A stretch of 32,000 bases of DNA, taken from the NCBI RefSeq assembly GCF_000008665.1, contig NC_000917.1:1500001-1532000 (forward strand), in the 5' to 3' direction. Of the stretch, positions 9,070 to 16,880 are shown one piece after another (within the stretch, counting starts at the first letter, position 1; each line of letters starts with the position of its first letter). Under the pieces are notes generated by a model. The model was not told the DNA's origin and made no database searches. It saw only the letters and a program-made list of their open reading frames with translations. A program made the translations under genes and the position numbers. The DNA comes from Archaeoglobus fulgidus DSM 4304 (GTDB lineage: Archaea > Halobacteriota > Archaeoglobi > Archaeoglobales > Archaeoglobaceae).

Positions 9070-9603
9070 TTATTTTTCTTTTATTCTCATTTGCAGAATC
9101 TTAATGCGCTTTAGAAGTTCTGAAATATAGCCCAGGGTTTCATTTAGATCAGGGAAGTAATCGCTCGGATGTGCACACTCATTTCTCTTACTTAAGAGTC
9201 CTTTAAGAGTTTTCATTTCACTTTTATTCAAAATTCCAACGTCCTTTGCAGCTTCAATTATCTGAAAGTCAGGGTACTCTCTAAAGTCTTCTTTTTTTGA
9301 AATTTTCCATTTTTCTTTTTTATTTTTAATTTGAGGTATGTGTAATGCCAATATACTGTGAAGGAAATCGATAAAACCTGCCCATGCAAGGACGTGTGCC
9401 GCTCTAAAAAGACCGTTCTCCACACACCTCAAAGCTTCTCTGAACAATTCATCTTGCTCGATAGATAATCCATCCAGCTCTTTATAACTTTCATCTAATC
9501 TAATTATACGTGATTTCCCTGCGCTTTCGTATGTGCTTAGGAGCTTGTGGACTTCTGATTCATATTTTAATAAATTCTTAACCATATTTTCTAAAATATC
9601 CAT
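9070..9603 (-). CDS. HEPN-domain protein (Rx4H motif), putative RNase/toxin component
   Basis: KRNECAH is encoded at 9169-9186 and preceded by helical segments (FRAAHVLAWAGFIDFLHSIL). I prefer the ATG at 9603, 1 nt past the upstream stop; the alternative ATG at 9663 would overlap the upstream gene by 59 nt. Confidence 0.6.
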   Translation of the reverse strand: MDILENMVKNLLKYESEVHKLLSTYESAGKSRIIRLDESYKELDGLSIEQDELFREALRCVENGLFRAAHVLAWAGFIDFLHSILALHIPQIKNKKEKWKISKKEDFREYPDFQIIEAAKDVGILNKSEMKTLKGLLSKRNECAHPSDYFPDLNETLGYISELLKRIKILQMRIKEK

Positions 9604-9604
9604 G

Positions 9605-10210
9605 TCACTCAGATAGCAAATTTCTTTTAAGTGAACGAAACAATTTATCATAAACTTCTTCATCAGTTGTGGCAGGTAACTGAAGTTGGATGTTTACATT
9701 AATCGTTAGGCCCTTCGGTGTTTGTTTTTCCATTAAAGTTGTTAAACCCTCTCTGGAGGGAACAACCTCATTATGGGGGTATTCCTCACTATTGGACTCG
9801 AAGTCAGCAAGTTCACATAGAGCTTTGAATGTCTGAATCATTTTTTCGATGGTATTCTCTGCTTTTCCTGTTTGAGAAGCAAAAAAGTTTCTCAAAGCTT
9901 CTTTGTCTTTCCTATAAGCATCAGGATAAGTTTCAAACAATTCCTTATAGGCGTTTTTTATTGCTTCAGCCATTACTTTTGGTGCAAGATCTTTATCTCT
10001 GTATCTTGCCCATAATTCGGTCGGAACACCGCTACGGTCTATAAAACCTAACTTTTTCAATAGTGGGATTATCGAAGGGTCATTGGAGGAGGTAAAACCT
10101 ATAGAATTTATCCATTTTTGTGTTACCTTGGACGGAAGTCCTGCTTCCTGAATTTTTTGAAAGAATGGTTTTATCTTTCCAGGAACGGTCGTATAAGGAA
10201 ACTCTGCCAT
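9605..10210 (-). CDS. Hypothetical protein, DUF5343-like (assignment from memory)
   Basis: 201 aa from the ATG at 10210. It begins [30 protein letters not shown]...[18 protein letters not shown] and ends in the amphipathic tail [30 protein letters not shown]-like element (TTTATATT on the minus strand) lies at 10244-10251. Confidence 0.5.
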
Positions 10211-10404
10211 ATTTGAACACCGAATATTGTTTACTAAAAACATAATATAAATTTTTTGGTAAAATGAAATATGCGCATTCCAGTAAATAAACAAACGCCT
10301 TACTTCATAAACTACACGCAGAACACAACCCCTCTGTCAACCTAAAAAGTGTAGCCATGTATTTATGTAGTAAACCTTAAATCCGAAACCACAACAATTC
10401 CAAT

Positions 10405-10644
10405 ATGGGATACACCACAGTCAGAATCTCCGTTGAGGACAAGGAGAGGCTGAAGAGGATCGCAAAGAGACTGGGAAAAAGCCTTTCGGAGACTCTAAGC
10501 TATGCTATAGATGTTGCAGAAAGAGAGTCGGACAGAGTTAGAGGGGATGTTGACAGCGTTCTCCAAACTCTGAAATTTGGGAAAGATATAGGCAAAACCA
10601 ACGCCGAAAAAGTTGACGAGTACCTCTATGGCGGCTCTAATTGA
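10405..10644 (+). CDS. Ribbon-helix-helix (CopG/VapB-like) antitoxin
   Basis: 79 aa. TVRISVEDKERLKRIAKRLGKSLSETLSYAI follows an RHH pattern, and the gene overlaps the downstream PIN gene. Confidence 0.7.
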   Translation: MGYTTVRISVEDKERLKRIAKRLGKSLSETLSYAIDVAERESDRVRGDVDSVLQTLKFGKDIGKTNAEKVDEYLYGGSN

Positions 10645-11098
10645 CACTGGTATATTTTTTGGCTTTTACAGCTTAAAGGACGTGCATCACATGGATTCTG
10701 TGGCGATTGTAGTTCATGCAGTTGAGGGAAAGTGGGGCAGGCTGTTTGTAACGAACCACATTCTCGATGAGACACTAACGCTTCTGAAATACAAAAAGCT
10801 CCCAGCAGACAAATTCTTAGAGGGTTTTGTTGAGTCTGGTGTGCTGAACATAATTTACACAGACGACGAAGTTGAAAGAAAGGCTCTGGAAGTTTTCAAA
10901 GCCAGAGTTTACGAAAAGGGGTTTAGCTACACCGACGCCATCTCTGAGGTTGTTGCTGAAGAGCTTAAATTGAAGCTTATCAGCTACGATAGCAGATTTA
11001 GCCTTCCCACAATCGGGCGTGATTACTGGAAAAGTCTTGATGAGTCAGAAAGGAAGAGGATAAGTGCTATTCTGAGAGAGAAAGGTATCGACGGATAG
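10628..11098 (+). CDS. PIN-domain ribonuclease (VapC-like toxin)
   Basis: It has ALIDTGIFF, ILDETL, SYTDAIS and ISYDSRF, the acidic residues expected of a PIN fold. The ATG at 10628 overlaps the antitoxin by 17 nt; a TTG at 10613 is an alternative start. Confidence 0.75.
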   Translation: MAALIDTGIFFGFYSLKDVHHMDSVAIVVHAVEGKWGRLFVTNHILDETLTLLKYKKLPADKFLEGFVESGVLNIIYTDDEVERKALEVFKARVYEKGFSYTDAISEVVAEELKLKLISYDSRFSLPTIGRDYWKSLDESERKRISAILREKGIDG

Positions 11099-11124
11099 CA
11101 ACTTTTTAAACCCCCCAACCCGTT

Positions 11125-12534
11125 ATGGTTGTGGAACACAATCCCTTCGCCAAGCGCTACAGGAAAGGGATGAAAAGGATTGCCTTAGTTTACCCGAACA
11201 GGTATGTGGGCGGGATAACAAACCTCGGGCTGCAGTATATCTACGCCAGAATCAACGAAAGCGATGCGATCTGCGAGCGCTTCTACGCTGATGTTTTCGA
11301 CGGTTTGAGGAGTATCGAATCAGCCACTCCCCTCTCAGAGTTCGACGTGGCGCTTTTCAGCCTGCAGTACGAGACGGACTACTTCAAGGCCGTTGAAATT
11401 CTGAAGAGGAGCGGATTTAAGGGGCTGAAGATTGCCGGCGGGCCGTGTGTGATGGAGAATCCCCAGCCATTGATGGATTACTTCCATGCTTTCTTCATCG
11501 GGGAGGTTGAGGGTTACGTGGAGGAGTTGATTCACGCCAAAAATGCAGAGGAGCTCTCAGGCATCCCCGGTGTTTTCACGGGAAGGGAGGAGAAAGTAAA
11601 GAGAGTTTACGCAAAGCTGGACAGGCACATAGAAAAGGAGATAATAGGGGAGGGAGCTTACGGCAGGTGCTTTCTGCTTGAGATTGGCAGGGGGTGTGTG
11701 AGGAGGTGCAGATTCTGCATTGTGAGGCAGATTTACTTCCCGCCGAGGTGGAGAAAGAAGGAAATGCTGCCAGAAATTGGGGAGGAGAAGGTTGCGATAA
11801 TCGCCCCCTCCCCCTCAGACCATCCTCAGTTTAAGGAAATCCTGCAGCACTACGTTGAGCAGGGAAAGGAGGTATCGCCATCCTCTGTGAGAGCTGACAC
11901 GCTTGATGAGGAGCTTGCGGATTTGCTGAAGAAAGCTGGAGTTAAAACCCTCACCATTGCCCCTGAAACAGCTTCCGATAAGTTGCAGGAAGTGATTAAC
12001 AAGGGGATTGGGGATGAGGAGGTTATGAGGGCTGCAGAGCTCGCTTCAACACGCTTTGAGAAGGTCAAGCTCTACTACATGGTTGGTCTGCCGGGGGAGA
12101 GCTTTGAGGACGTTAAAGCCATCTTAGAGCAGGCGCTGAGGGTGAAGAAACTTGTGGGCAAGGTGGAGATATCCGTAAACCCGCTCGTTCCTAAACCCCA
12201 CACACCCTTGCAGTGGATGGGGTTTGGTGGTGAGGAAGAGTTGAGGGAGGGGATTAGCCACCTCAAAAAGAAGCTGGAATATCTGAGGAGGGAGGCGAGG
12301 AGAGCGGGGATTGGGGCGGACGTTTCCGGCTTCAAAGAGTTTGCCATCCAGACCATTTTGTCCAGAGGAGATAGAGAGGTGGCAGAGATGCTTGAAGGTG
12401 CCAGCTACAGAAAGTTTGAGAAGTATCTTAAGCCAATTAACCCGGATTCCCCACTGCCGTGGGATTTCATAGACCACGGCTACAGGAAGAGCACGCTTTT
12501 GAAGGAGTACGACAAGATAAAGAAAATTCTTTAA
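11125..12534 (+). CDS. Radical SAM protein with an N-terminal B12-binding-like domain
   Basis: 469 aa with the CxxxCxxC motif in GRGCVRRCRFC and a Rossmann-like N-terminal region (RIALVYPNRYVGG). Confidence 0.8.
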   Translation: MVVEHNPFAKRYRKGMKRIALVYPNRYVGGITNLGLQYIYARINESDAICERFYADVFDGLRSIESATPLSEFDVALFSLQYETDYFKAVEILKRSGFKGLKIAGGPCVMENPQPLMDYFHAFFIGEVEGYVEELIHAKNAEELSGIPGVFTGREEKVKRVYAKLDRHIEKEIIGEGAYGRCFLLEIGRGCVRRCRFCIVRQIYFPPRWRKKEMLPEIGEEKVAIIAPSPSDHPQFKEILQHYVEQGKEVSPSSVRADTLDEELADLLKKAGVKTLTIAPETASDKLQEVINKGIGDEEVMRAAELASTRFEKVKLYYMVGLPGESFEDVKAILEQALRVKKLVGKVEISVNPLVPKPHTPLQWMGFGGEEELREGISHLKKKLEYLRREARRAGIGADVSGFKEFAIQTILSRGDREVAEMLEGASYRKFEKYLKPINPDSPLPWDFIDHGYRKSTLLKEYDKIKKIL

Positions 12535-12555
12535 CTGCCTGTCCTATTTTTGCCG

Positions 12556-13302
12556 ATGAAGATTGCGATATCCGGCAAGGGTGGCGTGGGGAAAACAACT
12601 CTCGCAGCTACTCTCGCTTACCTCTTCGCTAGGGATGGTTACAGGGTCACGGCGATTGACTGCGATGCCGATATAAACCTCCCCTCTGCCTTGGGCGTGA
12701 AAGAGAAGCCAAAGCCGCTTTCAGAGCTTCACGAAATCATTGAAAAGAGGGTTGTGGGGCCGATGGGGACATACAAGCTCAACCCTAAGGTTGATGATGT
12801 CTTTGAGGAATACTCGGTTTACAACGAGGATGGTGTGAGGGTTCTCGTTCTCGGCACCATAGAGAAGGGGGGAGAGGGGTGCTTCTGCCCTGAAAACGCT
12901 TTCCTGAGGGCGATACTCAGGCACGCCATCTTCAAGAGGGAGGATGTGCTAATTCTGGACATGGAGGCCGGGATAGAGCACCTCGGCAGAGGGACGGCGA
13001 GGGGAGTGGATTTGCTGATAGCGGTAGTAGAGCCTGGAACGAGGGCTGTTGAAACTCTGGAGAGAATTGAGAAGCTGGGAAGGGACATTGGAATTGAGAG
13101 GATTGCCGTTGTTGTAAACAAGTTCATCGAGTCGGAGAGGGCGAGAGAGCTGATTTCGGGGATAAAGTATCCGATTCTCGGCGTTATCCACTACGACCAG
13201 TGCTTTGTGAGGGCTGATCTGGAGAACGTTCCGCCCTACACCGTCTGCGATTTGAAGCCATTTGAGGAGATTAAGAGGAGGATTGAGGAGTTCGTTCAAT
13301 AA
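12556..13302 (+). CDS. CooC-type MinD/ParA-superfamily P-loop NTPase (putative metallocentre maturation ATPase)
   Basis: It has the deviant Walker A ISGKGGVGKTT and the CxC motif GEGCFCPEN typical of CooC. I prefer the ATG at 12556 over the TTG at 12550. Confidence 0.7.
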   Translation: MKIAISGKGGVGKTTLAATLAYLFARDGYRVTAIDCDADINLPSALGVKEKPKPLSELHEIIEKRVVGPMGTYKLNPKVDDVFEEYSVYNEDGVRVLVLGTIEKGGEGCFCPENAFLRAILRHAIFKREDVLILDMEAGIEHLGRGTARGVDLLIAVVEPGTRAVETLERIEKLGRDIGIERIAVVVNKFIESERARELISGIKYPILGVIHYDQCFVRADLENVPPYTVCDLKPFEEIKRRIEEFVQ

Positions 13303-13336
13303 AATTTATTTGAGTTAGATGAGAAAGTGATTATAC

Positions 13337-13639
13337 ATGAGAAGAGAGGAAGCCCTGAGAAAACTAAGGGAGAGCAGGAAGGAGCTAAAAAAATTTGGAG
13401 TAAAAAGAATTGGTATTTTTGGTTCGATTGTAAGAAACGAGGCAAAAGAAGATAGTGATGTAGACATTTTCGTTGAGTTTGAGCCGGGAAAAGCAACCTT
13501 TAAAAACGTGGCTGGACTTGTTGACTTCCTTGAAAGTCTTTTTGGGAGAGAAGTGGACCTCCTGACACCTGCTGGAATCGAATCGATAAGGCTGAAACAT
13601 GTGAAAGAAGAAATAAGGAAGGAGATACAGTATGCCTAA
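13337..13639 (+). CDS. Minimal nucleotidyltransferase (MNT/MntA-type antitoxin)
   Basis: 100 aa with GIFGSIVRNEAKEDSDVDIFVEF, the GS...DxD pattern of the pol-beta nucleotidyltransferase fold. Confidence 0.8.
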   Translation: MRREEALRKLRESRKELKKFGVKRIGIFGSIVRNEAKEDSDVDIFVEFEPGKATFKNVAGLVDFLESLFGREVDLLTPAGIESIRLKHVKEEIRKEIQYA

Positions 13640-13700
13640 GCGTGGTGACAGAGAGTTTGTTCTCGACAGGGAATTGAAGGTTAAGGGTTATGTGAAATGA
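13632..13700 (+). pseudogene. Probable remnant of the HEPN (DUF86-type) partner of the MNT gene
   Basis: A 22-codon ORF (MPKRGDREFVLDRELKVKGYVK) starts in an ATGCCTAA overlap with the MNT stop, as intact MNT-HEPN pairs do. It ends in an ATGA overlap with the next gene, and no Rx4H region is present. Confidence 0.4.
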
Positions 13701-14344
13701 AGCTCGGCGTTGTAACGAGAAAGGGTAAAAGGCAGGACGACATAAGGATGTTCTCGCAGTTTTTCGAGGTTAAGGTTTACGAGATTCCGGAGGAGCTGCC
13801 GGAGCTCATAGACGAGCCTGCTGAAATTTTGAGGCTGCCGGATGACTTCGATGTGGACATGATCGTTTCATTTGCCGCTCACCCCGACATAAACCTTGAG
13901 CTAATAAAGCAGGCCGCAGAGAGAGGCATTGGCCTTGTCATCATTTCGGGAGGGGCGAAGGGAGGAGCTTACAAGCAGCTTAAGGAGGAGGGAGAGAAAA
14001 GAGGGGTCAGGGTCGTCTGGGAGGAAATCTGCTGCGCCACACCCAAAGTTGAGGACGAGAGAACGAGGGAATTTTTCGAGCACTTCGGCGCTCCTGAGGT
14101 TGAGGTGGAGGTTGAAAACGGAAAGGTGAAGGATGTGAGAGTGAAAAGGTCGGCCTTCTGTGGCGCCACTTACTACGTAGCAGAGAAAATAAAGGGGCTG
14201 AGCGTGGAGGAGGCTCCTACAAAGGCGGGCTACTACACCCAGATTTACCCCTGTCTGGCTCCGAGAGGTCACGAGGGCGGGATTCACAAGGCGGCGAGGG
14301 CCCACAAAAGAGCAGTGGAGAAGGCCATTGAGAAGTCTAAGTAA
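13697..14344 (+). CDS. Uncharacterised Cys-containing archaeal protein (possibly DUF166-type; low-confidence recollection)
   Basis: 215 aa with coding-like composition. Cysteines occur at EEICCATP, SAFCGATYY and IYPCLAP. I recognise no catalytic motif. Confidence 0.45.
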   Translation: MKLGVVTRKGKRQDDIRMFSQFFEVKVYEIPEELPELIDEPAEILRLPDDFDVDMIVSFAAHPDINLELIKQAAERGIGLVIISGGAKGGAYKQLKEEGEKRGVRVVWEEICCATPKVEDERTREFFEHFGAPEVEVEVENGKVKDVRVKRSAFCGATYYVAEKIKGLSVEEAPTKAGYYTQIYPCLAPRGHEGGIHKAARAHKRAVEKAIEKSK

Positions 14345-14363
14345 GAAATTAGTTTTGTTTTGC

Positions 14364-15188
14364 TCACGCAATTAACGAAACGCTCTCTAGGATGTACTTG
14401 GCTGAGATTCCGATAATAAGCAGGGAGAGCAGAATTCTTAGCTTTCTCTCCTCAACTCTTCCCTGCAGTTTGGATCCGATGAAAATCCCCATAGCACCTC
14501 CTGCACCCATAGCTATCCCGTTTTCAAGGTTTGGGGGATAACCCAGAGCCGTGTAGCTGGCCAATCCGAAGACTGAGGCTGCGAAAGTCCCGACGAGGTT
14601 TGCTCCGGCAATGGCCTTTATCGGCAGGCTGTAAAGGGATACGAGAATCGGCGCCATCAGCGCCCCACCACCAACGCCGTAGGCTGAGGCAACGATTCCG
14701 ATGGTGAATGAGGTTAAAGCGATGGCAAGCGGATTGAAGGTAAAAATACTGTTAGCGAAGCTGAACTCCACTTTCAGCGATGAGGATTTCAGAATTTTCA
14801 TTTCCCCTTCTATGCGCTGAGATTTCGATAAAATCAGCCTAATTCCAAGGTAAAGCAGCACTGCTGCCACAAAAGCCTTGAAAGCCCTAACGTCTCCGAG
14901 CAGGTGGATTCTGACGAGAGTGCCGAGATACATTCCTGGCAGGTAGCCGAGAACGAGAGCAATTGCGAGCGGAAGCAGAAACCTCTTCTCCCTCCAGAAG
15001 TTGTAAGCTCCGCCGGGAATTGAAAGAATGTTGTAGAGAAGGTTTGTTGAATTCGCAATAGGAGAGGTGACTCCGAGAACACTTAGCTGGAAGGGCAAAA
15101 GCAAGAAGGCTCCCGTAACTCCGGCTGGTGAGCAAATGAGTCCTATTATAAAGGCAGCGATGAAGGGGAGCAGAGGAATTTCAGGCAT
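14364..15188 (-). CDS. TauE/SafE-family (sulfite exporter-like) membrane protein
   Basis: 274 aa, polytopic and Gly-rich, with two homologous halves typical of the TauE/SafE 4-TM repeat. Confidence 0.6.
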   Translation of the reverse strand: MPEIPLLPFIAAFIIGLICSPAGVTGAFLLLPFQLSVLGVTSPIANSTNLLYNILSIPGGAYNFWREKRFLLPLAIALVLGYLPGMYLGTLVRIHLLGDVRAFKAFVAAVLLYLGIRLILSKSQRIEGEMKILKSSSLKVEFSFANSIFTFNPLAIALTSFTIGIVASAYGVGGGALMAPILVSLYSLPIKAIAGANLVGTFAASVFGLASYTALGYPPNLENGIAMGAGGAMGIFIGSKLQGRVEERKLRILLSLLIIGISAKYILESVSLIA

Positions 15189-15316
15189 TGGAATTCAAAC
15201 TCACACAATCTTTTAAGGATTTTGATTTAAGAGGGCGATAGCGAATCAGATAGGTAACTACGACAACAATGCCTGAATTGCAACTCTTAAGCCATCAAGT
15301 TTCATCACCAGCAATT

Positions 15317-15324
15317 TTTTAAAT
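15317..15324 (+). promoter_or_regulatory. TATA-like box (TTTTAAAT) for the second VapBC pair
   Basis: It is centred about 25 nt upstream of the ATG at 15345. Confidence 0.4.
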
Positions 15325-15344
15325 CAACATACATACATTCATAC

Positions 15345-15566
15345 ATGAAGAACATAATGGTGAGGGATGAAGTTTACGAAAAATTGCAGAAAATGAAGAA
15401 GGGCAGGGAATCCTTTTCAGATGTCATACTCAGGCTTATCGAAGGGAGAAAGAAGAGAGGAATTGAGATTCTTGAAAGGTATGCAGGCTCTCTCTCAGAC
15501 AGTGAACTGGAGAAGATTGTAATGGAGGAAAGGAGAAAATTCAGGGTGAGAAGCTTTGATTCTTGA
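15345..15566 (+). CDS. vapB: VapB-type antitoxin (small archaeal antitoxin family)
   Basis: 73 aa. IMVRDEVYEKLQKMKKGRESFSDVILRLIE is typical of archaeal antitoxins paired with PIN genes. It overlaps the PIN gene by 11 nt. Confidence 0.65.
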   Translation: MKNIMVRDEVYEKLQKMKKGRESFSDVILRLIEGRKKRGIEILERYAGSLSDSELEKIVMEERRKFRVRSFDS

Positions 15567-15966
15567 CACCTCTGTAATAATCCGCATTTTCAGGGACAGA
15601 AATTTTTTCGAAGTGCTTAAGGAGAGAATAGACGACGATGTGAAGATAACTTCCGTAACAGCCTACGAACTGCAGAGAGGGGCTGTTTACATCATGCTAA
15701 AGCATGGAAGAGATTATGAATTTAAACTCATTAGAGATTTTCTTGAAGAGGTGGAAATCCTGTCATTCACCCCAAAGGACTCCGAGATTTCGGCAATGAT
15801 ATGGGCTAAGCTGAGGGAAAAAGGGTATGAGCTAAATGATGCGGACATAATGATTTCAGCAGTGTCTATAAGAGAGAACGAGAAGCTTGTAACTCTCGAC
15901 AGAGATTTTGAATACATAAGCAGAGTTTCGGAGCTTGATGTTGACATCTTAGAGGAGGAATTATGA
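15556..15966 (+). CDS. vapC: PIN-domain ribonuclease VapC
   Basis: 136 aa with ILDTSVII, ELQRG, DADIMISAVS and VTLDRDF. It uses a TTG start. Confidence 0.8.
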   Translation: MILDTSVIIRIFRDRNFFEVLKERIDDDVKITSVTAYELQRGAVYIMLKHGRDYEFKLIRDFLEEVEILSFTPKDSEISAMIWAKLREKGYELNDADIMISAVSIRENEKLVTLDRDFEYISRVSELDVDILEEEL

Positions 15967-15983
15967 AATAAAAAGAGAAAATC

Positions 15984-16005
15984 GAATTTGAGATTTCTCA
16001 AATTC
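15984..16005. terminator. Perfect 10-bp-arm palindrome (GAATTTGAGA tt TCTCAAATTC) between convergent genes
   Basis: I read it directly from the sequence. It lies 18 nt after the vapC stop and is followed by TTT. It could act as a bidirectional terminator or as a protein-binding site. Confidence 0.4.
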
Positions 16006-16076
16006 TTTAAAAGGATGGTTTGCTGGAAATACCTGAACCTGTGGGGTGGATAAATGAGAAACCTGATATGGCACAG

Positions 16077-16880
16077 TCAGGCGTAGTAAACGTAAATACC
16101 CCCAAGAATCAGAAGGGTTCCAGTAATTGACCTCAATGTGAAAATCTCGCCTTCTCTGAGAAAAATGGCTGAAAGAAGCAGGGTGAAGAGGGGGTAGCTG
16201 CTCGTTATTGGCTCAACAACTGTGACGGGGACATCTTTGAGCACAACGTATCGGAGGAGGTGAGCAATACCCACAGTAACCCCAGCAGCAAGGTAAAACT
16301 TTGTGTGGGACAAATCTTTTCGCACTGCCAGAGGAGTCATTAAAATGGTTGAGAGTGCGAATCCAAGAAAAATTGCAAAGAGCGGGTTGTAATCAACAGC
16401 ATTTCCAAACTTCACGAAATAGGAGGAAAGGGCTGAGAAGAGGCCTGTCAGAATTCCGAGAGTCACACCAAAAGCATCAGCCTTCCCTTTCGGCCGTGAA
16501 ATTAGAACTATTCCTGCAAATATCAGCAGGGACATCACCACTACTCTAAGCGTAAGATACTCTCCAACGAAAATGCCAAGAAGGGCTGCGAAAAAGACTC
16601 TTGTTGCCGACAGGGGAGCGGACAGGTTGGCCCCAATCCTGCTTATGGCGTGGTAGAAGCAAATTCTTGCGACAAAGAAGTGCAGAACTCCTGCAAGGGA
16701 CATGTAGAGCAAAAACATTCCATCGAGAGTTGGATTGGCGACAGAAGGAATGAAAATTATAGTGGAGGCAAGCAGGCTAACGTAAATCCCGCTTATCGTC
16801 TCCGCCTCCCTGCTTCCAAGCCTTACGAAAATCTGATGGAAGCTGAAGAGGACAGGGATTAGGAGAACGAGGTAGTTCAT
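16077..16880 (-). CDS. EamA/DMT-superfamily transporter
   Basis: 267 aa with about 10 hydrophobic helices in a two-repeat EamA-like layout. Confidence 0.65.
   Translation of the reverse strand: MNYLVLLIPVLFSFHQIFVRLGSREAETISGIYVSLLASTIIFIPSVANPTLDGMFLLYMSLAGVLHFFVARICFYHAISRIGANLSAPLSATRVFFAALLGIFVGEYLTLRVVVMSLLIFAGIVLISRPKGKADAFGVTLGILTGLFSALSSYFVKFGNAVDYNPLFAIFLGFALSTILMTPLAVRKDLSHTKFYLAAGVTVGIAHLLRYVVLKDVPVTVVEPITSSYPLFTLLLSAIFLREGEIFTLRSITGTLLILGGIYVYYA

Noticed and set aside
9604-9663. 20-codon N-terminal extension of the HEPN ORF ([20 protein letters not shown])
   Set aside because: It would overlap the upstream gene by 59 nt. The ATG at 9603, 1 nt after the upstream stop, gives the classic coupled arrangement. 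I cannot settle this without homologue alignment.
10211-10294. 28-codon N-terminal extension of the DUF5343-like ORF ([18 protein letters not shown]...)
   Set aside because: The extension runs through the AT-rich promoter-like region, including the TATA-like element at 10244-10251. The conserved-looking N-terminus starts at MAEFPY.
15327-15347. ACAT ACAT ACAT tc ATACATG microrepeat just before the vapB start
   Set aside because: It has only three units and lies between the TATA-like box and the ATG. It is probably a chance AT-rich initiator region, not a meaningful tandem repeat.
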